The notes under the pieces are model-generated. The model had not been told where the DNA came from and did not search any database. It was given only the letters and a program-made list of their open reading frames with translations. From a virus (lineage: Duplodnaviria > Heunggongvirae > Uroviricota > Caudoviricetes), in the IMG/VR virus record IMGVR_UViG_3300013121_000008, positions 64,001 to 128,000 of that record: DNA of 64,000 nucleotides; one strand, given 5' to 3'. Below, piece by piece: positions 50,949 through 59,734 of this stretch. The position numbers were made by a program, and so were the translations under genes. How positions within the stretch are numbered: position 1 is the stretch's first letter; each line of letters starts with the position of its first letter.

Positions 50949-51272
50949 TTGAATAAAAAAAATATTTTTTCTTCTCCTTCAGAAGAGATAGAAAAATCTT
51001 TTAATAAATTAATATCTATTTTAGATATAGCAACAGGCCCAGACCCTAATGGTAATTCTTTGCAGGAGTCGCAAGAAGCCTTTTCTAATTTTTGTGATCT
51101 TTTAGTTTTGTCAAAAGATGATGATGAAATATTAATTGATATTAAGATGGCTTGGGACTTAACTCAATTAGCTTATAATTCAAAGGGAGAAGGAGCGCCC
51201 TTGTCTAAAATAAAAGAATATCTAGAAAGAGCTAAAGCCAGAGCGATATTGAGAGAAGAAAAGAGAAATTAA
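50949..51272 (+). CDS. Hypothetical protein
   Basis: 107-aa helical ORF with TTG start directly after the fibre stop; last gene of the + arm. Confidence 0.4.
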   Translation: MNKKNIFSSPSEEIEKSFNKLISILDIATGPDPNGNSLQESQEAFSNFCDLLVLSKDDDEILIDIKMAWDLTQLAYNSKGEGAPLSKIKEYLERAKARAILREEKRN

Positions 51273-51490
51273 GTTTCTTCATCATAATTATCTTCTTCTA
51301 AAGATTCTACTTTATCTTCAACTAAAGATAATCTACTTTTTATATCATCTAACTCGGTTTCGAATAAAGTAATAACCTTACTTATAGTCGAAGCTGTAGT
51401 CGTTTTATTCAAGATGGTAAGAACGTCATTTAAAGTCTCTTCAATTAAATTAACTCGCTCTATAAGTCTCGCTTCTTGTTCTGTTGTCAT
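51269..51490 (-). CDS. Hypothetical coiled-coil protein
   Basis: 73 aa with heptad pattern; TAATG-coupled to the upstream gene. Confidence 0.5.
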   Translation of the reverse strand: MTTEQEARLIERVNLIEETLNDVLTILNKTTTASTISKVITLFETELDDIKSRLSLVEDKVESLEEDNYDEET

Positions 51491-51936
51491 TAAGGTTCTC
51501 CATCCTCAGTTGTGCTTCTATATCTTTGATAACTTCTTTCAGGGGCAGAACCACTAGAAGCTGTAGAATGATTTTCACTAATTGTTACTCTTGGCAATAA
51601 AGAAGTAGCTAAGCCTTCATAAGCTTTTACACCACTTAGAATCATAAAACCTACAGCGAATAATAGAATAAGTATTTTTTGAAAATCCTTATAGAAAGGC
51701 ATTTCTTGTTTTTGAGTTTTTTCTTCTAGTTTAGATAGAATATTATTATTTAATTTAGAGAGTTTATCATCAACGCTTTCGGCTTTTGACTCCAGACTTA
51801 AAAGTCTTTGTTGTACCATTGGCATATCTCTTTCGAACAGAAGTAACATTTTTACTTCTATTGAATTTAAATCATGTCCACTGGTTGTCTCTTGAGCTTC
51901 AGTAGACGTATTTTCTTTATTCTTAAGAGGAGGCAT
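51490..51936 (-). CDS. Putative holin-like membrane protein (coiled coil plus one TM helix)
   Basis: RLLSLESKAESVDDKLSKL coiled coil followed by hydrophobic ILILLFAVGFMILSGV; XhlA/holin-like architecture. Confidence 0.35.
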   Translation of the reverse strand: MPPLKNKENTSTEAQETTSGHDLNSIEVKMLLLFERDMPMVQQRLLSLESKAESVDDKLSKLNNNILSKLEEKTQKQEMPFYKDFQKILILLFAVGFMILSGVKAYEGLATSLLPRVTISENHSTASSGSAPERSYQRYRSTTEDGEP

Positions 51937-51937
51937 G

Positions 51938-52005
51938 ACAGTTAATCCCTTTACTACACGATAAATACTAATATTTATACGTTAAATAATAAAGGGATGT
52001 ACTGT
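51938..52005 (-). promoter_or_regulatory. Nested stem-loop occluding the Shine-Dalgarno of the holin-like gene
   Basis: Arms 51938-51953 and 51990-52005 pair at 14/16 positions; inner stem ATAAATA-ctaa-TATTTAT. The 3' arm on the - strand contains AAAGGGA 9 nt before the ATG. Confidence 0.6.
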
Positions 52006-52033
52006 TTGTTTTCTATTGTTTTATAGAAAATAA

Positions 52034-52534
52034 TTATTTTTTATTTTCGTAAGACACAATTAAAACTGGATTCCATAATTCATTCTCTGGACTAAAAGAA
52101 CCAGTAGAATCTTCTATTACATATATTCCACTAAGGTCTACAATGATAGACATAGGAGATTCAATATTAGTTAAATATTGACTGAGTTTTTCTGCTAAAG
52201 CATTTTTCTCGCCGCTTCTCCAAGGAGGTCTTGAGCCAAACTTTTCTAAACTTTTTCTTCTTGGTTTTAACGAATCGACGTTTAATTCACTTATGTCTTC
52301 ATAATCTCCAACTAATGAGATTTCAAATCTTTCAAAATCTTTTTTAATTCTCAACCAATTATAAATTGTTTGATTTAATGTTTTAGCGTTTTGTGTTTCA
52401 TTAAGTGTCGCGCCACCAGGAATTTGATGTACCAATCTTTTAATTTTTGGTTCATTCAAAATCAATTTTACGATTGCTTCTTGATTCTTTTTGTTTGAAA
52501 ACTCAACCTTTGATTTTGCTTCTTCTTTATTCAT
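52034..52534 (-). CDS. Hypothetical protein
   Basis: Intact 166-aa ORF overlapping clpP; no family recognised. Confidence 0.45.
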   Translation of the reverse strand: MNKEEAKSKVEFSNKKNQEAIVKLILNEPKIKRLVHQIPGGATLNETQNAKTLNQTIYNWLRIKKDFERFEISLVGDYEDISELNVDSLKPRRKSLEKFGSRPPWRSGEKNALAEKLSQYLTNIESPMSIIVDLSGIYVIEDSTGSFSPENELWNPVLIVSYENKK

Positions 52535-53183
52535 TTTTCTTATTTACCTCTTTAAAAAATCTTTTTAATTCTTTAATCTTACTTATTTTATAATCTGTTA
52601 GATCAAGTTTCAAAGCATCTTGTGCTGTAAACCAAATATCATTTTTACCTTTAAAAGTTTTTTCCCATTGTTCTTTACTAATCTTTCTTCTTTTTTTGAA
52701 AAAATTAATTAAGTGTTCGTTTATTTTTTTATAGTTTTCAGCAAATCTTTGAACTTCTAAATGTGATTTTATTTCAAGATTAAAATCTGATTGTATCATT
52801 TCATGCCAAAAAAGTAAAGAGTTTTCAAACATAACTCTTTCTGTACAAGCCTGAAAAGCATAGAAAGCTCCTGATCCAGCTACTCCTTGACACAATCCAA
52901 TGGTAGGATTACTCACAGAATTAATAGCGTCTATGATCTTAATTGCATCATAAATAAATCCGCCTGGAGAATTAATTAAAATTATAATTGGTTCTTTTTC
53001 TTCTAAAATAGAAGACGCATAGTATATATCGTCAACAAATTTAGAAGCAGACTCAGTATCTATTTCTTTTTCTAATAATACAATTCCGTTATCAGGATTT
53101 GTATATTTAAAATCTTGAGGCATTAATGGAATTTTAAATAATTCTGTCCCCTGTGTTTCTTCGTTTTTCTTTTGAAGTCTCAT
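52527..53183 (-). CDS. clpP: ClpP-family serine protease
   Basis: LINSPGG, GVAGSG (Ser), WHE (His) and NDIWFTAQDA (Asp). Confidence 0.8.
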   Translation of the reverse strand: MRLQKKNEETQGTELFKIPLMPQDFKYTNPDNGIVLLEKEIDTESASKFVDDIYYASSILEEKEPIIILINSPGGFIYDAIKIIDAINSVSNPTIGLCQGVAGSGAFYAFQACTERVMFENSLLFWHEMIQSDFNLEIKSHLEVQRFAENYKKINEHLINFFKKRRKISKEQWEKTFKGKNDIWFTAQDALKLDLTDYKISKIKELKRFFKEVNKKNE

Positions 53184-53776
53184 TAGTCCTCGAATAAAGT
53201 GTAAGTAAATTTGTCTCCATAAAGTTTTGCTGAATCATTTGTTATATTCATGAACTCTTTAAAATCTAATGGATCCGCTATAACCTGACATCCCGCCGAC
53301 CACTTATCTACTTGAGTAGATTTTTTGCTACTATTAGCTCTATGAATTTGTATTCCACTAAAAGTATCTTTTTCGTTAATAAAATCTAATACATCATTTC
53401 TATTGTTATCTCTATAAACCTTTACTGGTTTAATTTGAACTAAACATTCATATTGTCCTTTATGTAAGCCAAACGAGAATGATTGTTTATATTGTCCTGG
53501 ACAAAGAATGGCTGTTCCTTCTACTCTTCCTGGATTGTTTAAATGATAAGTTCCTGGATCAGTTGTTGCATCGCAAACAAACATTTGCCAATCTTCTCTT
53601 GTTCTGGAGATATTAAATAAAATTCCTATAGCATCATCAAATTTATTTTGTTCTCCAAATATATTTCTTATTCCAAATATATTAATATCTAAATATCCAT
53701 TATATAGTTTATATTTTTTATCTTTATAAAGATTTAAAACATCGTTAATGGTTGTAGAGTTTCTTATATTGCTCAT
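53183..53776 (-). CDS. Putative endolysin / peptidoglycan enzyme with L,D-transpeptidase (YkuD-like) His-Cys motif
   Basis: GIQIH-x14-SAGCQV; also INIFGIRN, TTDPG and PGQY motifs of this phage family. Confidence 0.6.
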   Translation of the reverse strand: MSNIRNSTTINDVLNLYKDKKYKLYNGYLDINIFGIRNIFGEQNKFDDAIGILFNISRTREDWQMFVCDATTDPGTYHLNNPGRVEGTAILCPGQYKQSFSFGLHKGQYECLVQIKPVKVYRDNNRNDVLDFINEKDTFSGIQIHRANSSKKSTQVDKWSAGCQVIADPLDFKEFMNITNDSAKLYGDKFTYTLFED

Positions 53777-53778
53777 AT

Positions 53779-54219
53779 TTATTCCTTTATGTTTTGATCT
53801 ATTAGGGATATTAATTTATTTTCGTCTAATTTATTAATATCTTTATAAGATATTTCTATGAAATTATAACCATGTTCTTCTAATAAACTTTTTTTATTTA
53901 AGTCTCTGCTTTTAATTTCATAAAAATTTAATTCTTTTTGTACTGCTGAAGTATTTGAAAAACTAGTAGGAACATAGTGTTGTATTCCATGTACTTCGAT
54001 ACATAATTTAAACATTGGAATGTACCAATCAATATACAAATTTACATTAGATTCAATTAAATATGATATAGGAACTTCTTGATATGCTTGAACATTCTTA
54101 AAAGATCCATTACATAATATTTCTTTTATCTTGTTATGTAAATTAGAAGAATTTTCTATATCAATATATTTATTTTTTAATGAGTTAATCTTTTTTTTCA
54201 ACTTTAAATTCCTGACCAA
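53779..54219 (-). CDS. PD-(D/E)xK endonuclease-like protein (DUF559/Vsr-like)
   Basis: YIDWYIPMFKLCIEVHGIQHY...RDLNKK...YNFIEISY. Confidence 0.65.
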   Translation of the reverse strand: MVRNLKLKKKINSLKNKYIDIENSSNLHNKIKEILCNGSFKNVQAYQEVPISYLIESNVNLYIDWYIPMFKLCIEVHGIQHYVPTSFSNTSAVQKELNFYEIKSRDLNKKSLLEEHGYNFIEISYKDINKLDENKLISLIDQNIKE

Positions 54220-54487
54220 CGCCTATAGTCAATACTTTTTTATCTATAAAAAACATATATAAGTCTTGCCATAGCTTATCTTCTTCTATTTTTACAAAGA
54301 AATACGGAGCATCAACATATTCTTCTATGTAAATTTTTCCTGTATTTAAATTTTTCAGGGCCATAAAATATCTTTCTTTTGAAATATTAGAACCTGGTAT
54401 CTTTGCCGTCGCGAAATGAACCCAATTTGGTCCGAATAAAGATTCTTTTAATTTTTGTTTAACATCACTTATTAGTACAAAATTCAT
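54185..54487 (-). CDS. Hypothetical protein
   Basis: Intact 100-aa ORF in the operon. Confidence 0.45.
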   Translation of the reverse strand: MNFVLISDVKQKLKESLFGPNWVHFATAKIPGSNISKERYFMALKNLNTGKIYIEEYVDAPYFFVKIEEDKLWQDLYMFFIDKKVLTIGVGQEFKVEKKD

Positions 54488-55185
54488 GGTTTACATATTC
54501 CTATATATTTACATTTTAAATCTGGACAAGGGAATTTAGCTTTGAATGTTTTTATTTCCTTATCTTTTAAAAGATTATTCATAGATTCATTCAAATCATC
54601 TTTAAAATAATTTTTCATATAGTATTTATCTATACGTTCTACAAAAACTTTTTTATTAAATCCTATAACAAATAATTTTGCAGATTGTCCTGGTGCAATT
54701 CCTTCTTTTGTATAGATTTTTTTTAGATATTCCCATTGTGCCATATGAAGTGGTGACCAAAAAACTTCATGTTTAGAGTTTAAATTTGTAAAAACGAATG
54801 CTCTTAAAGCTCCTAAGTTTGTTTTACCGATTCCACTGAAATTAATTAATAAATTATTATCTTCTATTTTTTCTGAAAATAAAATATTATTCATATTTGG
54901 TAAGAAAGATAAATAATCTATTCTCAATCTTTTTACCAGCTTCTCATATATTAATGGAATTTTAAACATAAAGAAATTTCTATAGTCATCGTTGACTTCA
55001 TATTCATTACAAAAATCAGTTATGAGACTTATAGTATCTTTATTTGACATTAAAACAAATCTATTATTGAATAGGTATTCTAAACAATCTATTACGGTAT
55101 ATTTGTTTTCGTTAAAAATTATATCTAGATTATATCTTTTTGCACAATAGATATAATCCATTAATTCTTTTTGATTTAAATTCAT
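54484..55185 (-). CDS. Cas4/AddB-like nuclease-fold protein, possibly degenerate
   Basis: N-terminal YIYCAKRY plus C-terminal CPDLKCKYIGIC give a 1+3 Cys arrangement. Confidence 0.4.
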   Translation of the reverse strand: MNLNQKELMDYIYCAKRYNLDIIFNENKYTVIDCLEYLFNNRFVLMSNKDTISLITDFCNEYEVNDDYRNFFMFKIPLIYEKLVKRLRIDYLSFLPNMNNILFSEKIEDNNLLINFSGIGKTNLGALRAFVFTNLNSKHEVFWSPLHMAQWEYLKKIYTKEGIAPGQSAKLFVIGFNKKVFVERIDKYYMKNYFKDDLNESMNNLLKDKEIKTFKAKFPCPDLKCKYIGICKP

Positions 55186-55189
55186 TCAA

Positions 55190-56068
55190 TTATAATCTTC
55201 CTTTTAATGATAGATTTCCATAATGAGAATTAATATCTGTTTCGTATCCAACGCCTATCCATAAGTTTTCTATTAGTGGTAAGTGATCTCCCAAGTTATA
55301 ATTTACAGGAGTGATACCAAATCTTATAGATTGTTGATTAAAAGATAAATTAGGCTCTAAGAATGACAAATGATATTTATTCCACTCAAAGAATGATAAA
55401 CCAATTATGACTCCAGGTTCTAAATCAGAAGAAACTTTTGCGCCAATATTAATTCTTGGTTTAAAAAACCTTTCTCTATCAGCTAATTTATTTTCGTATA
55501 TTATAGTATCTTTAGTATCTAATGGATGCTCAATATTATCAGCAGAAGATGTAGCTGTTGTTTTAACTATTGTTTTATCTTTTTCTATGATAACTGTATT
55601 TTTAATTTCCAAATCATAAGTATCAAATATATATTCATTATCTTTAACAGAAAACTTAGCTATTGGAATATTATTATTCAAATTAAAAACATATTCTCCA
55701 GGAAGTGTTGTATATCTATTTTGTTCTTGGCCTATTAATTTAATCTTTTCTTTATAAATATATTTTACTTTTTGTTTTTGTTTCTTTAAATATTCTAATT
55801 CGTTTTCAAATTCTTCTTTTTGTTTTCTTAAATTTAGATTTTCCTGTTTAACTATTTCATAATCTTCTGGAATTTCTATTTCTACTATTCCAGCTTGACC
55901 TTTCCATAAATCTATTTCTTCTTTTTGAGAATTAATTTTATCTAATTGAAATAATAATACAGCTATTAAAAAAATAATAATTACTAAAGATTTATTAATC
56001 TTTGAATTTTTCCAAAGTTGTACTATCTTTGTTTTCACTTTTAATATGAATTCTATAATTAATATCAT
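55190..56068 (-). CDS. Putative spanin-like envelope protein
   Basis: N-terminal TM helix LVIIIFLIAVLLFQL, coiled coil and a C-terminal amphipathic beta-strand region. Confidence 0.4.
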   Translation of the reverse strand: MILIIEFILKVKTKIVQLWKNSKINKSLVIIIFLIAVLLFQLDKINSQKEEIDLWKGQAGIVEIEIPEDYEIVKQENLNLRKQKEEFENELEYLKKQKQKVKYIYKEKIKLIGQEQNRYTTLPGEYVFNLNNNIPIAKFSVKDNEYIFDTYDLEIKNTVIIEKDKTIVKTTATSSADNIEHPLDTKDTIIYENKLADRERFFKPRINIGAKVSSDLEPGVIIGLSFFEWNKYHLSFLEPNLSFNQQSIRFGITPVNYNLGDHLPLIENLWIGVGYETDINSHYGNLSLKGRL

Positions 56069-56294
56069 TTTCTTTTAACTCTTCCTGTATTAAATTTTCT
56101 ATCATTTCAGAGGTGGATTCAATCGCATGACAAGAAGTACAGTTGCTTCCAAATTCCATTTCTAAAATAATAACCTTTTTAAATATCATAATATTTTTTA
56201 ATACACAAAAGCTATTATGAATAGCTAAAGAAGGGTTGATATATAAATCAATAGTTTCTTTTATTATTTCTTTTACTAATTTTTCATCTAACAT
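55995..56294 (-). CDS. NifU/NfuA C-terminal-like CxxC protein
   Basis: VIILEMEFGSNCTSCHAIESTSEMIENLIQEEL resembles the NifU domain consensus V.L.GAC.xC.....T....IE..L. Confidence 0.4.
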   Translation of the reverse strand: MLDEKLVKEIIKETIDLYINPSLAIHNSFCVLKNIMIFKKVIILEMEFGSNCTSCHAIESTSEMIENLIQEELKENDINYRIHIKSENKDSTTLEKFKD

Positions 56295-56295
56295 T

Positions 56296-56634
56296 TTATG
56301 TAAACAATTTCTTAGTTTCTTTAGTAGCTAATTCTAATTTCTTTTCTTTAGCTTTTAAATCTCTATTAGTGAGTGGTATCTCTTCTATTTTGGCTTCAAG
56401 ACTGTTTGCTTGTGCTACAGTCATAATTCGACTTGAGTTTTTATCTAATTGTCTATTTTGAGCACCAGAGGTTTTAAACAAACCAAATTCATTTAAATCA
56501 TCAAAACCCTTCATTAAGATAATTTTTTTAAGTCTTTCTAAATTGCTTTCATTTTCTGGAGTATATTCAGTTTCATATACAACAAATAAAGTATTTACAG
56601 ATGGAATATAAATTCCTTTAGTTGATTTATTCAT
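56296..56634 (-). CDS. Hypothetical protein
   Basis: Intact 112-aa ORF in the operon. Confidence 0.45.
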   Translation of the reverse strand: MNKSTKGIYIPSVNTLFVVYETEYTPENESNLERLKKIILMKGFDDLNEFGLFKTSGAQNRQLDKNSSRIMTVAQANSLEAKIEEIPLTNRDLKAKEKKLELATKETKKLFT

Positions 56635-57022
56635 TTTCTCTTATCCTTATTGAATCGCTATCTTCTGAAAAAGTAGATGCTTCTATTAATTCTAGATCGC
56701 CTTTATATGCTATTAATTTATGAACAACAAGAGGTGCCATGACAAACGCTTCTCCCTCTTCTAAGAAGAGAACTTCTCCGTGTTCAGAATTTTTATTATA
56801 AATTTTTAATTTTAGAATTCCACTTTTGACAAATAGTGTTTCATGTTTGTTTACGTGGAAATGAATTGAAGTGCTTTTATTAGATTCAATATATAATAAT
56901 TTCATACAATATTCTTTATTGTAATAAATTAATTCATGCCCCCAAGTTTTATTAATTCTTATTGGAACGTTTGAGGTATTTTTTTCTGATACAAAACCAA
57001 TATTCTCTACTACTTCATTCAT
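56627..57022 (-). CDS. Cupin-domain protein (mannose-6-P isomerase type II-like)
   Basis: KTWGHE, TSIHFHVNKHETLFV and VVHKL...LIEAST cupin motifs. Confidence 0.75.
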   Translation of the reverse strand: MNEVVENIGFVSEKNTSNVPIRINKTWGHELIYYNKEYCMKLLYIESNKSTSIHFHVNKHETLFVKSGILKLKIYNKNSEHGEVLFLEEGEAFVMAPLVVHKLIAYKGDLELIEASTFSEDSDSIRIRENE

Positions 57023-57281
57023 TTAATTTAACTATCCTTCCATAAAATTTAATTTGAGAAAGATTTATTTGCGAATACAATTCTAAATCTTTGTATAAAG
57101 ATTCTAATTGTTTCTTTATATCAGAGTCAACAATATATAAATAATTTTCATCTTTTATAATTTCTTCTTGGTTTTTCCAATAACCTTCACATTCTAAAAT
57201 AGAATACCCATTTGAATATTTCATTATCAAATTATGTATAGATTTTGATTTCTCTGGTAAAATAAATTCGAATCTATACAT
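57015..57281 (-). CDS. Hypothetical protein (small alpha/beta)
   Basis: 88 aa; NGYSILECEGYWKN...ENYLY. Confidence 0.4.
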   Translation of the reverse strand: MYRFEFILPEKSKSIHNLIMKYSNGYSILECEGYWKNQEEIIKDENYLYIVDSDIKKQLESLYKDLELYSQINLSQIKFYGRIVKLNE

Positions 57282-57284
57282 TCT

Positions 57285-57980
57285 CTATTCCTTATTTAAT
57301 AGTGCATTACAGGCCACAGGAGCCTTTTGGAGCACTATCTTTTGCATATCTAAGGCTAAGTCTCTAATTTCTTTTTGAGCGCCTTCATGGTCCCTTAATT
57401 TGATGAAATTAACAATTGCCTCTAACGATGCGGTCCATATGAATTCTGTATAAAAAGATAATGGAATTAATGTTCTTGCTTGTTCTTTTGCTACACCTAA
57501 TTCTATTAATTCTTTATAGTTTGCAAAAGCTTTTCTTATTGATTGAAGGTAATAGAATTCAGCTAATTGTTGTTTTTCTATATAACCATTAGACGCTTGT
57601 TTATTACTTTTACTTTGTGCTCTCCATTGAGAGGGAAGATAAAAGGTGTCATCTAAAACTACATATCTTCCTGATATTTCATTCCAAGCGTGGTCGATTG
57701 TAGTAGAATCTTGAGAAGTATAATTACAACCAATAACATGTTTATAGAATTGTCTTGCTACGAATTCTGGAGTTTTAATTCTGAAAGAGAATTGCGGATG
57801 TCTAAAGGGAGACATATGTTTTTCGCGTGCCAAATATTTAATTAATTTTTCATCGCTTTCGTCAAATGTAATTTTTTGTTTACCAAAAGACACTCGTGCT
57901 GCATTCGCTATTTCTAAGTCTATAAAATTAGGTGCAGACCATCTTAATTCTACTTCGCTATCTGATTTAAATATCATCAC
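57285..57980 (-). CDS. thyX: Flavin-dependent thymidylate synthase
   Basis: AARVS, HMSPF, FVARQFYKH, WNEISGRY, EQARTLIP and AQKEIR. Confidence 0.93.
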   Translation of the reverse strand: MMIFKSDSEVELRWSAPNFIDLEIANAARVSFGKQKITFDESDEKLIKYLAREKHMSPFRHPQFSFRIKTPEFVARQFYKHVIGCNYTSQDSTTIDHAWNEISGRYVVLDDTFYLPSQWRAQSKSNKQASNGYIEKQQLAEFYYLQSIRKAFANYKELIELGVAKEQARTLIPLSFYTEFIWTASLEAIVNFIKLRDHEGAQKEIRDLALDMQKIVLQKAPVACNALLNKE

Positions 57981-59103
57981 TATCCTCTTCGTTGTCGAAT
58001 TTTATTTTTGAAACATTCTTTTTATTTGGTAATACTAAATTAATTATTTCTAATGTTTCTTCTAGATCTTCTCCATAATTAATTTTTTCAATTAAATATT
58101 CTAGATAAGCATAAGTAAAATTATTAAGTTTTTTTTCTTCAATGTTATTAATAACTTCTTCAGATAAATTAGTTTTGTTTTTTAATTCAGACTTTATATA
58201 GTCAATTTTAAGGAAATTTGTTTTAATAAAAGAATCAAATCGTCCTGGTCTTATACCTGGCACATAAAAACTTCCTTGTTCTAATTTATTAGTGTCATCC
58301 ATATATGTTATTAATATTTTAATACCTAAGTTTTGTAAATCTTCTAATAACTGTAAATCTTTTCCTCCGTCTTTTCGAAAAACAATATCATCTATATATA
58401 TTAATTCTGGTTTTAATATTGATAATAATTCTTTATCTACTTCAAAAGAGCTTTTCATATATAGAACTTTATCATATAAAGTAATTATTTTATTTGCGAT
58501 TGTTGTTTTTCCAGAACCGGATGGACCAACAATTATTATATTTTTATTTTTATACTTTAAATTACTTTCATTAAAGTTTAATTCATTTTTAAAATCTTCT
58601 ATTAAAAAAGTTTTTTCAGTATAAGATATTTTTAAATATGATTTATTTTTCCAAAATCCTTTATTTAAAACACTTTTAATATCATATTTTTTTTTGATAA
58701 AAAATTCTGAAGGAATATTATCGTTATCATATAAGCCAACACAAATTAATTCGTTGCCATCGTAAAACAAGCCAAAAGAATTTCCTTTATAAAATTGTTC
58801 ATCAAAAGTTATATTTTTATAAGAAAAATTTTCTTTTAAAATTGAATCTATATAAATATATAACAAAGAATCTTTATCTTTTGTGTTCCAATCTTTTCTT
58901 TTCATAAGGAGATAATATTCTTTTTCTAACATTTTTCTTAAGTCTGCCGAATCAACAAATGATTTATAAGCTAAATATGACTTTAGTATTTCTATTCCTA
59001 TTCCTTTTAAATCTTTTTCTTTGATCTTATCTAAGATTTTAAAATCATATTTAGAAAATTTATAAATAAAAGATTTAATTAATAGACTATTTTTTAGTTG
59101 CAT
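57967..59103 (-). CDS. AAA+ ATPase (classical AAA clade-like)
   Basis: Walker A GPSGSGKT, Walker B IYIDD and second-region-of-homology RPGRFD. Confidence 0.75.
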   Translation of the reverse strand: MQLKNSLLIKSFIYKFSKYDFKILDKIKEKDLKGIGIEILKSYLAYKSFVDSADLRKMLEKEYYLLMKRKDWNTKDKDSLLYIYIDSILKENFSYKNITFDEQFYKGNSFGLFYDGNELICVGLYDNDNIPSEFFIKKKYDIKSVLNKGFWKNKSYLKISYTEKTFLIEDFKNELNFNESNLKYKNKNIIIVGPSGSGKTTIANKIITLYDKVLYMKSSFEVDKELLSILKPELIYIDDIVFRKDGGKDLQLLEDLQNLGIKILITYMDDTNKLEQGSFYVPGIRPGRFDSFIKTNFLKIDYIKSELKNKTNLSEEVINNIEEKKLNNFTYAYLEYLIEKINYGEDLEETLEIINLVLPNKKNVSKIKFDNEEDSDDI

Positions 59104-59116
59104 TTATTTTTTTCTC

Positions 59117-59734
59117 TTAATGTATTCTAAATGTTATATCTTGTTTAGACTTTACTTCTTTAAAACAAAACGTACATTTGGCGCATGTTATTTCTTTATT
59201 CTTTTGGTTTGGACACTGAGCTGAAGACTTCGGTGTATCTGAAAAAGATTGTTTTAAAAATGCTTTTCTCATAAAACTTGGTACATTTTCACTTTCACTT
59301 TCAGAATCTATAGAAGCAAATAATTGTAGATTAGGATTTTTATTTAAACTTTCCAAAGAGGAAATTAAATTTTTAATTCTCCATGATCTTGTATAGGCCC
59401 AAAACTTTTTATTTGGATTTGCTTTTATAATTTCGTTCCATTTATTAATATAATCTTCAGAATAAAAATCTCCAGAGGCGTGTATTCTAATTATTTGTAG
59501 CTTTGGATTTTTTAGTTCTTCATTTATTATATTAACGAAATCTTTAGATTCGGTAATATTAAAATTATCATTAAAGATTTTCTTTATTTTTGGAAACATA
59601 AAGAATCCGCTTGTCGCGTAACATACTTTTTCACATTCGTTTGTTCTTCCTGGACAAGTAGAAACCGCTGGCAAGTTAAAAGAACCTATATGTTTACCTA
59701 ATTTAGAATTAGACGAAACTTTAATTAACGACAT
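59117..59734 (-). CDS. Phage GP88-like protein (radical-SAM-related fold)
   Basis: SFNLPAVSTCPGRTNECEKVCYA, IRIHASGDFYS and FWAYTRS. Confidence 0.7.
   Translation of the reverse strand: MSLIKVSSNSKLGKHIGSFNLPAVSTCPGRTNECEKVCYATSGFFMFPKIKKIFNDNFNITESKDFVNIINEELKNPKLQIIRIHASGDFYSEDYINKWNEIIKANPNKKFWAYTRSWRIKNLISSLESLNKNPNLQLFASIDSESESENVPSFMRKAFLKQSFSDTPKSSAQCPNQKNKEITCAKCTFCFKEVKSKQDITFRIH

Noticed and set aside
56130-56150. CxxCH (CTSCH) read as a c-type heme attachment site
   Set aside because: No signal peptide or TM segment; the surrounding sequence fits an Nfu-like CxxC better.
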